A stretch of 63,972 bases of DNA, taken from NCBI GenBank assembly GCA_002633005.1, contig NMRA01000119.1:186001-249972 (forward strand), in the 5' to 3' direction. This document shows positions 36,101 through 48,723 of this stretch, piece after piece. This stretch comes from Phoronis australis (Eukaryota; Animalia; Phoronida). Every line of letters begins with the position of its first letter. Position 1 is the stretch's first letter. Below the pieces are notes generated by a model, which saw only the letters and a list, made by a program, of their open reading frames with translations, did no database searches and was not told the origin of the DNA. The position numbers and the translations under genes are program-made.

Positions 36101-38079
36101 ATGGTGAACAAATTCCAAGATTCTTTTTTGAATGACCGTCTTAATAATGTAACCAAGACACCTTCGACTAATAAAGAATATGTACACAGCACGACTTGCT
36201 CAAAACAACGTTTCCTAAAGAGTTAATATTATTACAATGTATGGCTAACACGTTTACACATAACGGTGCAGTTCACGAATATTTTGCAAACGAGAAACAT
36301 CCAGATGTTTGGAGGCAGCTGGTAGGTGGCTCCGCACGGCCAACGTGCCATCTGCTTCACTGAGCCGCTAAAACTCCCATCGCCAACTTCCAGCTATGCT
36401 AACGCTACTGCCAGTTTGACAAAATATTCATGAACTCTAACAATTTTGGTCATTTCATACTAGAAGATATTCCATTCCCAAAGCTTAAAATACGTACGGA
36501 CACTAATTTCCCACTTCATCACTAGAGCAAGTTCGACACTCATAAACATCATCCAACAAATTACCAATCAGCCACTAGCAAATTACAACTGTTAACTGGA
36601 TATTTATTCTTCGATGACATTTGACATACAAGAGAAGCCCATTGCATCATGCTGATGATCCTGTACAGCATTTAGTGTAAAATAACCGGATTGTTTTCAT
36701 ACACTTTGTCAGACACAAAACAGGTTCACTGTAGCATTGCTCGCCTTCCCACAAAATATGGAATGAGTGCAGAAATGTACAAGCACCTTAGGTCTCAACT
36801 TGGCACACCTGAATCCAACCAATTCTGATTTCAGGCATGATGCACAGGTCCCCAATGTTAATAAACTTACAATAAAATCCAGTTAATGTATAATTTTGTT
36901 GTTTTTGAATACTACTATTAAGTAAGGAAATAAGATTGAAATGAAGTCAAAACATGGGAAACAGTGTCCATATGTATTTTGATAAAACGCATTTAATTAT
37001 AACCATATGTTATTTTAACAATCCCAGAAAACGCATGAAACTGGTTGGCGATACAATATACGATTTCCATGATTCTAGTAAAAATAATAATTTCATGGTC
37101 ATCGTCACCTGAATCTCACAGAGATCTGTTGTGGTCTACCTACTCAATTCGTCTTTTCTAACCGTCTGCCGAGGGGGTAGTCTCACATAACAACAGTCCA
37201 ACATCTGGAAAAAGACGACATTTTGTTCTGACAGTTACAACAGTCCAACATCTGGAAAAAGACGACATTTTGTTCAGTTAAAAAAATCCCTACACAAGAC
37301 ATTTCAGCCTTCACTACAACACTCAGCATTAGCATGATGTCAGAACATTCTGAGAACATAAGCACCGTAATTGGATGGCCAACTGAAGGCAAATCAAACA
37401 GAAACATCAGCAAGAGTAAAATTTTCAAAACTTTCAAAAAATTCAAAGCAGGTAGTCACCATAAATTAAAGTGAACTGGAAAGTTGACGGAGATGCCGTG
37501 TGAGGAATGCACGAGACATTCACGAGGTGGTGTCTACAAAAATCTTGTTTGTGTTTGTTTAACAAGGGTCCCATGTAACTAAATGAAAGTATCCTTGTTT
37601 CACCAGCACCACCTAGGGAATTTCAAACTTCTCATTCAGCCTAACACATAGTAAGCCTTTATCTAGTAAGTTACCTTGGCGAAACGAGTTATTGTCAGCT
37701 ACCAAGTCTTTGGAGATCTTACAATAAAACTTTACCAATTTAGGACACAATATGGTGGACAGGCGAAATTTTATTACTTCAAAAATGATAAACAATACGA
37801 AAACGATGCTTTGTTGTATTCAAGTTATGTGCCACAGCTCCCAACAAAGCAAAATATAAAATTTGCTGGAATTCACAGCAGTGTTAGAAGCCCTTTGAGT
37901 AAAAAGTGCAATTTCGGCAATTATTTTTGTCCGATTTTAACAGGAAGAACAGTCTTACGATAAAATTCTTGATGATGACAGAGGTATGTTTAGCTCATTA
38001 TTTACACATTCGTGAGAACAGGCCAGAGCAAAGAACACATGATTGCTAAGACAACTACGACGACCCCCTTTATTTGATC

Positions 38080-38187
38080 TCACCATGAACTTTCAGCCTG
38101 CACGTCAATTAGAGAGAGTTGCACCGAAACAGGAGTCACGTGACTGTAACCACCTTTGGACTGCATCTGGGACTGAACAGTGTTCAA
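38080..38187 (-). CDS. CDC42SE: CDC42SE C-terminal exon
   Basis: atttcag|TTG AAC ACT GTT CAG TCC CAG ATG CAG TCC AAA GGT GGT TAC...; ends TGG TGA, or uses the TG|gtgaga donor. Confidence 0.9.
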   Translation of the reverse strand: MNTVQSQMQSKGGYSHVTPVSVQLSLIDVQAESSW

Positions 38188-41100
38188 CTGAAATACGACG
38201 GATAATGCATTCACACACATTCGTTATCTGTTGTTATTCAGAGACAGTGGGAAAGTCACACAGAAAATTCAGATATAACGACATAGCATGCTGGCTTATC
38301 TTTATGTTTTCTTTGAAATAAAGACAACGCAAAACCATACAAATATTCATCACCTGCTAATACCTGCTCCACACGCAAGACAGTGTTCCCAATAAACTGG
38401 ACTCGTTGCAATAACAAGTTTGGATTTTTTTGCACATCCAGTTTGGCTTAGCTACATCAAATTTGCAAAACAACACCATGAGTCTAAAATCCTGGAAAAA
38501 TAGTCATTTGTCGAGCACATTAGCACATTACGAACGTTGGGCACCACTTCAGTGTATTGATTCATAGGGTTTAGATGCACACACCTCCCACAGTATGAAA
38601 ACAACCACTCCATAAATGCTGTATGATTTTAAACGTTATTATAAAATGATACAATATTTGCCAGCAATTTTGAAAAGGACATTTATTAGAAAAAAAAGGA
38701 GTTAGCAGAACAGAAAACCTAAATACAACTATAAGGTCATCGAAAAACAAAAATAAAATCAAACAATCACCAGCGACTGAATAAAAGATTGGAAACAATA
38801 CACCTTGTGTAAATCGGAGCTTTTGAAATTATGCTATAAATGATGTCAATTGACTGCGAGTACAGCATGAGACTGGTAACAAAAAGGTTGGCAAGAGAGA
38901 AAAGCCACGCCCTTATTCATGTTGTGTAAAGGTATACCTTAATACAAAATGAACCTTGGGAAAGCTAAAAAACGTAATCCAGGCCATATATGTCATTAAT
39001 ACTAGCTTGACCTAACACATCGCAACGAAAAAGACTCAAACAGTATTGATTAGACCAAGTTAAGTCCTCATTTCTAAACCAGATTTAAGTTTGCAGAGGC
39101 CAATCTAGTCACAGAAGCAATCAGTGACTGCAACTCAATACCTTATTGTTTTCTTATTTTCTTCCCCGGGATATAACTCTCATTACCCAGGACTTAATTT
39201 TCCATAAAAAATGATGTAATTTTGGAAATGATCATTCCCAAGAATAATTGAATGCATGAGCTCATGACAAAGATTACAAAAAATGGTCAATTCTTACTTA
39301 TTTTAATGAATTGTAGATATTTATACAGTTTCCACGAGTTAAGTATGCCCGAAAACCATTATTTTTCAGGATGTCCATGATAAGAAGGATATGCGACTCG
39401 GTCCGAAACGATATCCTATTCCAGCCAAAAACAAAAATAAAGCTTTTTAAGCATGGAAATGTACGCGACTTCATCTGGCAATTTGAATCAAAGCATCTGA
39501 CACCATTATGCAATCCGCTCGATAATGTCTCTATACACTGGTGGTGACCAGGAACTAATATCAAGATCAATACTCACTCTAGCCTAAGTCACTTACGTGA
39601 TTTAAATGGCCATGACTCACTTCCCCGGAGCCAATGTGACCTGTGTGTTGAAAGTTAGTAGGCAGACCAATCATACTGCGATCTATTCGCCGCCTCTTCT
39701 GAAACAAAGGCGATAAGTTAGCGCATTAACACTACACAGCAATTGGTGCCACACCTCAGTTCAATAGCTCATAGGCAAATAAGGACTCCATATTGTATCA
39801 GATTGAGTTTTTGCAACCTTCTGCTTGAGGTTTTAAGCTATGATTATGAACAGAAGCTCATGCGTTGTGTCCATAAACAATGACAAATGCTCATCCAAAA
39901 CGCAGAAATTTTCTAACTACAGCGAGATGGTACTCGCCAATGATTTATGCTAACAGACTGTTCTAACAGAGGCCCAAAATTGCTATTAAAGACATCAATG
40001 AAGTAAAAAAAGAATACAAAAATTAATGCTTGCTTGAAATACCAGACAGCAGACGCAGAGAGGCTTTGGCTCAATGAATCTAAGCACTGAGGTGGATTTG
40101 ATACTGTTGGATAGACATATATGGTAACTTCACAGCAAATGTTGGGTAGATTTCCCACTAATGTAGCACTCCCCCATTTTGAGGAATTTTGATCAATGGA
40201 ATGTATAAATCCTGAACTTAAATTGGGATGGCAGCTCTTTTCAAAATAAGTGGATTTAACTGCAGAGAAGAAAAACTTCAATGGACTCCCAGGGCTTGTT
40301 TCTCAAAGAGTCTACAGCCAAACGTTTAGTTTTTGACTATTGGCGTTGGCTTTTAGCCTGCTTCCGGGCAAGCTGTAACTTTCTGTCTTTTGGCTTGCAT
40401 CTATAGACAAATTTTTTGATTTCTAGTCTTAGTCTAATTTCGTGAAACAGGCAAACCCATCAGTAAAATGATTTTTACCTTTAAGAACCCCCTCCAAAAA
40501 ATACAAAATAATCTGATATTTCATTAGAGAACTAGTGATAATTACGACATTTACTTGCTGGAAAGGAGTTAGTAGGGACAATGCTAAGGTAAACAGCAAT
40601 GGAGTTTCCATAGACCATACCGTCCACCACGAGGAAAGAGACGTGCATGGGATCCTGCACAAAATCACACACAACATGCAAACAGATTGAAAAGGCATCT
40701 TGCAGCTCCATTTTCAATGTGTAGCCATAGTAACATTGCCCGTAACTTGAAACGGAATCTTTCTAACATTGATGCCAACATTTAGTATTTCAACCCACAC
40801 TCGATCATTTGAACAGATTTGCTGCATATTTTTGAGCAGTGAAACTATTACGAAATAGACTGGAAAATAGTTGTGTGAAACTGTGAATACTGTTGCGGTT
40901 AACGTACGCAACAGGTTGGATACTCGTGCAATTACGTACCTTTCAGAAACTTCAAGCATACCCTTAGGTAAACTATAAGAATCGGAGGAGGGGTCTAGGG
41001 GAGGGATGGGATGGGGAGAAATCGTGGCTGCTGAGTTGGAAAAAAGATGTNGGAACACAAATTTGACATTGGCGAAAATATGAATTTAAGTGAAAAAATC

Positions 41101-44100
41101 AATTACCGTAAGTCAAAACTAACATTCCCTTTTCACACACTTTAGTTAAAGCTTTGCAATGTTCATTTTCAGGAAACCATTAAAACTAACGAAAAATCAT
41201 AATTCTGTCTCTTCAGGTCAGCCCACTTCGACTATTTTCTGACTGCATGACCATAGGTGGGTGTGTGGGCGGACCATTTCAAGAAATTCCCAGTGCGTGG
41301 TGAATTAAAACTATGCCATCTATAGCTACAAGATGAAATCATGCATCCAAGAACATGCACTGAACATAATAACTGTACTGCCAAGCTAATTTGTCAGCAA
41401 CTTCTGTTGTTTTGACAAAACTACCAAATCTGTTTAAAAATTTCCACAAATTAATCCGCTTAAAAAAGCAACCAATAAAGGCTATGCTGATGCCAAAAAC
41501 ATATTTTCCCATTAAGAATATTTTAGATAATGAGACCTCCACCTGCAATACATCAAGCAAACTTGAATATCCAGCTCCATCAAAACACACTTAGGCAAAC
41601 AAGGTTAAACAGTTCTCCCCTCACAGGATAATGAGTTTACAACCAAGATGTTCCTTGGAATACTGCAGATACGTACCAAAGAACATCATTTCTGACAAAT
41701 TGACTTGTAATTAGACCCCCTGGGAAGAAAAACAGGGAGGATAACATCTTTTTCTGCTAACCAATCTGGCTGAGTGAATTGATTCAGCGGCAATCAAGAT
41801 TTGAGCCAGTGAAATAAAGAAATCAATCCTATTCAATTGATCTCCAAGGGCTCCCGTTCACGTTTTACTGACTGAGGATGAACTCGGGTACAATATACGT
41901 ACACCACATGTTGAAAACCATCGGACAAAAAGGTCAGGAATTCCCAGTCAGCCGAGCAGAAGGGGAATTACCATCAAGTTGACAGAATGCACGTAGAATT
42001 TATCTCCAGAGTAGTAGTGATGACGCGCCATGACAAGTCATAAGCACTCATAACTTGTTACGGAGGGGAAGCAAAATTTTATCGGATTACTTAAACGCCT
42101 AGTGTATAAAGCAACAGGCCAAGGACAGATGAAAGAAATTATCAGTGGTTTAAAAATGACCCACAGGCTAACTCCAAATAGGTGCACAAATTAACTGTAC
42201 ATGAGTGTAATCCCTATATTCATGTTGAGCTATGAATTTTCAGTTAATCTACATCATCAATAGGGGGTTTAGTTTAACAACATAATGTGTGTAGGTTGTG
42301 GAGAGAATCAAGTTACACCACGACAGATGCAAACCATGCCACTCTGATGTAAAAATACTATTCTTTAAAAGAACATTTTCTCCCAACACATGACACTGAG
42401 AGGAGGTAAAATGCCACCAATTTTGGACAAAAATTGTAGCTAATGTCCATTTTCATATGTGAAAGGCTTCTAACACTGTTGTGAATGCCCATAATGTATA
42501 AAATACTGTCCAATGGTAGCTACGATATAGACCTTATAAATGATAAAGCTTTTATTTGGTGCTCATCATATTTTACAGATAATAGGAAAGACATTATACC
42601 CTGTTCACATCAAAGCGGTTATAAATTTTATAACTGATTCAAAGTTTATAACTCTCGGTCAAAACACTTAAAAACTGGCTTTAATAAAAGTTGTCATTGT
42701 AGTGTGGTTATAACCCTCTGCAATGATGGTTGGGAGGCAGTATAACCGCTGTAACACGGTGCGAACATAGCAAAAAGTTAAAACTCATTAGGTGGCGCTT
42801 CAGTCAAATCTCTTTTGAAGCAGTGGCACACCAGACATTAACTAGGTGACAAGTCACTTTCTATTTACTTCTTGATGACCTAGTTCACGCCAAAGAGAAA
42901 CAACTGGACCCAGGAACCAACCTTTGAACTCAGCCAGTCATGCTGCGTCATTTTGGTACAAATTTTGTAAGTTTACTCCAAGCTTGCCATATAGTTGGTC
43001 AATTCTCAAGTGGAGTTTTAAGTACAGAGGATAAAGTCCCGGACCTTGTCTACAGTTATACATACATACGTGCTCGTAATTTTGCTGAACTCCTATTGCC
43101 AATTACAAACCTTGAATTAGAAAATGTCAGGGTTTCGATGAACAGCCATTCCATTAAGCAAACATTCAGAACAGACTGACATAACCACCGGGCACGTTTT
43201 CCAGACAGCTTCAAAGATTGAGAAACTGATTAATCAAGGGCTTCACGAAAGGCCCGCTTCTTATGCACAAAAAATACTGCACTTTGGATTCTTACTTTAG
43301 GGAATGGAAATTTCATGTACGCATTGCACTCCCCCTGGTTATAGACAGATATGTTCTTGTTTACAAAACACTACTCTGTATATGACAACCTACTTGGAAC
43401 TCGGAACCTATTTTTGATGAGATGTGCCATAAGAAAATATGAATACACATCCATTTAAGTCTGAGCAAGATAAAACCTCCTTCGTTTCAGAGAGTTAGCA
43501 CGCTGAAAATGAACTCATTTGTTTTGAGCTTCAATGAAAAGGATACCCTGTGATAAAAAATTTAGGTGTGAAAAAGTCACTCAACAGGATGGGAATGTCC
43601 TGCCATTCTTCCCACGTAAGTTCTTCCCTCCCAGATGACAGTAATACCTTGTAACTAAAATTAAATTTCAACCACTAGCAAGTGTTTGCACTTAAGTAAA
43701 ATCAAAACTAAGTTTCTATTGAGACACTCACAAACCAACTATGATTTCATTGAAGTACCAGCTAACATCATTTACCAGATTTTGATCAGAGTAACTACAG
43801 CATCCATATTTCACCTTCTCAACCTATTCAAGCTTGAACATTTCAATTCTTCTATCAAAACTAGCACATCATAAAAACTGAGGTTTTGGAGGAGATGGAA
43901 AGTCGTTTTATCCACATGAATCTTAAAATCAAAATTTGAAAACATGAAAAAAGAATCTAAACTTTCCTAAGAACTTTATAATTTACAAGTTGTCAGGTAC
44001 ACCATGTGATATTTTGCAACACAGGTTTAAGCTATTATACCAATTATTACTTCTAATATTATCATAATTATTACTATTGCTCATGAATAATTATGTAATA

Positions 44101-47100
44101 CTACTATCACTATTACCCACCATTATCAATATGAATTTCAGAACACCAGGCCACGGCACTTTTACAAAACCAGCGACTTCTCTACCCTAGATACCTTTAA
44201 GGATGGTACCATATGTCATTTTAGTCCTGGGTTGCCATGTAACACAATATGGTTGAACAAAGCTGTAGTTTTGTCATGTTACACATTTTTATCACCACCT
44301 CTATCATCACTGGTTGCTCCCTCACTGTCAGACAGTAAACAAAGATTAAACAAAGACATGTGATAGGGTCAGACTGACCTGGTTGTGTCTGCTAAATTGT
44401 TGTCTGCCTGGATACCAAGGATATGGAAAAATCTCACTAATATTATGGACACAACATTAATTGCCAAAATTTGCTTTTTTTTACATTTTCCAACCTCTTC
44501 TAATGTTGCTGTGAATAACAAGAAATCACTGAAAATATTGTGGGGTGCTAGCTACAGAGCAGAACTTGAACACGGAAATACAATTTCGTGTTTTATGACT
44601 TTAATGGATGAAGCAGGAAAACAAAATCTAACTTGCCCACCATATTGTGTCCATAATTGGTCAAATTTCAGCCTACATGGCCAGCATGTGACCTGCAGGA
44701 TCTTGGCACCTAATGAAATGGACAGGAGCACATGCCTTGAGTATGTAGTTGGCATACTTCAGTAGGCAGAACATGGCAGAACAAACTAGTTGATACCACT
44801 GGAAATGTCACTGTGATACTGAACACACACACTTGAGTTAGGTAATTCTGTGTAGTTTGATAACAGCACCAGGTTGCAGTTGAGACATGGCTAACTCCAG
44901 TGTGAAGAGCATACTTTATACATTCTGAACACAGTAAGATACTGCAGGGTCTATTTCATGAAAAGTTATTTCAAGAAAAGTGACCTAAGTCTTAAAGTAC
45001 AAAATTCAGTCATACGCTCCACACAACTAATTAATGAAATTAATTAATCTTCTCTTCCCGCAAGTCCAAGATCTCTGAGAATACACACATAACTGCTGGT
45101 TGCCGAGATAATTTTTATAAATCATATCTAGACAGTGATGAGCTTGTAATTACTTGGCTAAACATTTTTCAACGGTTATACAAACGGAGCACAAGACCAA
45201 ATTTCTGTCTCAAGTCTTAAGCCACTTTCACTTGGACTTCAACACCAAGAAATAATTCAACAGAACAAGTTTTTTTTTCACAAAGGCACTTTATACATTC
45301 ACGAACAAAGTTATACAAGAGAGCTTATCAGAAACCGACACTACAAAAAATTTCCAATTATTTTTAGATCAAGATTAGGGAAAAAACGAGGGCACAATAG
45401 TCGCTAGCTAAAGTATCAAAACTATCCTAAATTCTGGAATTAAATTACATTTGAAAGCACTTCAGTAAACTTGCATGAGTTCATATCTCACAGGATTTAG
45501 ATTAGACGCACACGTGGTGTAGCACTGTATCCAAATCCATTGTTTTGACAACAAGTCTCTATGCTCACAAAGTTGTTTGCAGTGAGTCGAACTGGTTTAT
45601 CGAAAAATATTAAACGGTGAAAAAGACTTAATGTCGTGCAGTGATCTGCAGGCAGTATATTTCATTGTTTGAATGATTACACTGAAAAGCACCTGTTCAT
45701 ATTGGCATCAAACACTCCTACTAACAGACTACAAATGGTAAATTTTATCACCAAACGTCATAGTCACTTAAGTGAGTGGTCTCCCGTTTTGAGAACCAAT
45801 TTCTCCACCAAATAACAGGCATCAAACTGGTTCCCAAAATCCGCAGAGGGGACCAAGTAAATGACAGTCGCCCTATGCTGTTGAAGGCTCTTTTTAGAGT
45901 CTAAGTCCAACACAAGAACTTGTTAAGGGTCACACATATGTTAAACTTGTCAGTCAAGCTTCAAAGCCATGTGTCAACAAGTCCAGCCATTGTTCAAATG
46001 CACACTCTAGCACTCTCAAGGTCTTAGTTCCATCATGGTTTATGGGCCAATTCACTTGTACAAAACAGGTAGTCATGTCTCTAAATGACCTTTTTGGTCC
46101 TAAGTCCAACTTAACCCCTGACTACATAACAGCAATTTCTAAGGCCTGGTACTAGACTTTGGGACCACTATGACCAGTGTCTACTCACTCCATTGCAATG
46201 TACAACTTGGAATAGGTTTATCAGTAAGTCTTTTTGGAACACTTGTCAACACACACCTACATGTCATCTATTACAAATATAAGAAAATCAGGACTGAGTA
46301 GAAAGGGGTTTACACCAGTAGTATCTTGTGACTGACTCACCTGTCTTGTTTATGGCTTTTTCATGGAATTTAAGACAGGTTAAAAAGGTGTTAAGTTACA
46401 ACAAATTTCACACAATAGGACTAAAGAAAAAATGGCCAGGTCTCGAGTTTCCCTCATGACTATTTAGAACAAAACCCAGGAGATTTTAAATTAACTTTTT
46501 TTGAACTGAAAGTCTGACAGCAAAGATAATCTATTGTGTCGCAAAGAACGCAACAAGGATGTGTTTTTAAGTCGATTGTCAAGTTAAGTTTTATGGCCCC
46601 ACATGACAGCTTAGTTGGTGTAGCATTTATAGCAGCTATCATTAGGTATCATAAGATAACTGTTCACAATGAGTGACCTGCTGAGTGAAGTTGTTGCACT
46701 AAAACAGCAGCTTGAGCACACAGGTTTGTTTTCCCAGAGTGATGGAAAACCACACAAGGTCACAATACACTTATGTTGGTAGATAGAGTGCTTATGTAAG
46801 AGTGGTGGGTTTTGGAAGTGAGTGCTTTTGGAGAACAGAACTTCCACCTAATAAACAATTGTCTGGTGACAATCAGTGTGTACAAGGAAATTCTGGTGGA
46901 AGTCATAAACTGTGGACCATGAACAGTGAATTTAAAAAGATACAGGGAAACAACATGGTGTAATAAATTTGGGTTACATACATTGCATGCTAAAGGCCTG
47001 CGAACAGGGGTGCAAATACTGTCTAATACATGGTTTCTACAAACAACATGTTCTGGAGTGTGTTCTTCAGACTTAGTTTTTTGCGAGAAAGGCAAGATCT

Positions 47101-48723
47101 CACAAGAACTCCTAAAATTACATATGCGAAAAAGCGAGCTCCTCACGAGTATGGTCGGCAGCTTACAAGACTGCCCTAGCAAAACGGCAGCCACTGAAGG
47201 GATTGGTCAGTGAGCTATGCTGTGGTTGAATTCACAGTTTCCGTTTCGTAAGGAATACATTTTGCCGCAAGTGTAAGCTAACATCTTGCTGTCCACGGGA
47301 CTCAGCCCAGTTCTCAACATTCCAGTTAGTCTCTGAATAATTGCTATGTTGAGAACTGGGCTGAAAAAATTACGAGTGTATCTACTGAGGATCAATGGAA
47401 GTACAGTAATCAGGGTTGTGTTCCGCAGAGCAATTCAGTAGCAGCCATTTTGCAAGGGTACACTGGCAGCCATTTTGCAAGGGTACACTGGTAAGATGCT
47501 GACTACACTCTCAAAACACTTGTCTTTCACTTGCGTGGCACTGCGGCATACTGCTTTTCCTTGAATTACTCACATCTACGGAACATTCGCCTGGACTCTG
47601 TTGGGTGGAAACTATACCTTTTACAACACATACCAATACACGTAAGGTCAGGCAACACCTATCTTTATGGTAAACTATCTTGACGTAAGGAAAAAACAAT
47701 TGCTAAAATAGGGAATAGAGTAGTTACAAACTGACGACCTGTTAGAGTTTGCGAACGCGAATGTAGCTTTCGATGGGCTCCAAAGTTCGGTCCGCAAACA
47801 CAAACAGGTCAAGAAGAAAAATGTCCTCAAAAATTATTTTTGTAAAAAAAAGAAAATGAAATTGCACATATCCACCACGTTATAAGCTGAAAAATGTTTA
47901 CCACTAGCAAATTTCCTTACGCAGACCTATGTTTATAAGGCAATAATCCCCCTATCAGCTTAGCATGATAAAAAGCAGGAGTCATAGCCAAACCCATTCC
48001 CTGATTATTTTATGATGGAGAACAAGAGAGATTAAATGCCAGTGGCTGGTTGTGATCATTAGCACTGGGTTGTGACTCTAATAAGCCTAGTTATCACCTA
48101 AGCTATGTATGGCGCTAATCAACTCCACAGGTTGCTGACTGACACCCATCAGGGTTATTTGTCATGATTATCCTTTTTAAGTTAAATCCACCTATGGCAA
48201 TGAATTTGAAGTTCCAAACAGACAGTGCTCAGTCACTAATTGTTAATAACCGGTGACTGTTATGTTCGCAATTATTTTAAGCCTGATGGATGAGCGACAG
48301 TGATTTTCAAGCCTTTTACCCCATGTGCGGTACTCAAAATGACACGAATAAGTGTCGGCACTTTGTTATCCATTGGTGAATCCAGCAACTCCAAGTCTTT
48401 TTACAATTAAGAGGGCCACTAAATAATTCGGTTCTATATCAATCCCAAAATGAGTATTTCAACAAGCAAAACCTGTCCGACTGCGAACACAAGTTCAAGA
48501 AATTGTCAAGTCCAGTCTCTCTGATGTTACCTAATATCACTGTTAACAATCTAAGTATAAGGACCACAGGCTGATTTAGGGCTCACTAGTGACATCACAA
48601 ATGTCGTCATTTGGACATACTTGTCCCATCCCCCTTCTTGAATCCTAGATCTGTCACTGGGGATAATTTACTTACCGGTTGGGGCTCCTCTCGGATACAG
48701 CAGCTAAACAGGCTAACACTCAT
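38080..48723 (-). CDS. CDC42SE: CDC42 small effector protein (SPEC family), about 85 aa, 3 coding exons
   Basis: Spliced translation MSVSLFSCCIREEPQP|KRRRIDRSMIGLPTNFQHTGHIGSGEVSHGHLNH|LNTVQSQMQSKGGYSHVTPVSVQLSLIDVQAESSW*. It has the N-terminal CC, basic patch, CRIB motif and QMQSKGGY diagnostic of CDC42SE1/2, with canonical splice sites. Confidence 0.93.
39597..39698 (-). CDS. CDC42SE: CDC42SE CRIB exon
   Basis: gtttcag|AAG ... CAC|gtaagt; KRRRIDRSMIGLPTNFQHTGHIGSGE. Confidence 0.93.
44945..45235. repeat. Dispersed repeat family member; other copies at about 34330-34480 (inverted) and 59975-60230
   Basis: Shared tctctgagaat....cataactgc core and gaccaaatttctg.ct..aagtctt motif. Confidence 0.6.
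48676..48723 (-). CDS. CDC42SE: CDC42SE first coding exon (exon spans 48676..48741 including 5' UTR)
   Basis: gtttcag| acceptor before 48741, CCG|gtaagt donor at 48676; MSVSLFSCCIREEPQP. Confidence 0.9.

Noticed and set aside
37189-37276. Short two-copy duplications (here, and at about 13286-13333, 20080-20155 and 47441-47491)
   Set aside because: Ordinary slippage duplications in introns with no further structure
40479-40654. Possible extra minus-strand CDC42SE exon after the acceptor ttttgtgcag|
   Set aside because: Candidate donors give a frameshift or stop, and the protein aligns without it; could only be a poison exon, with no support
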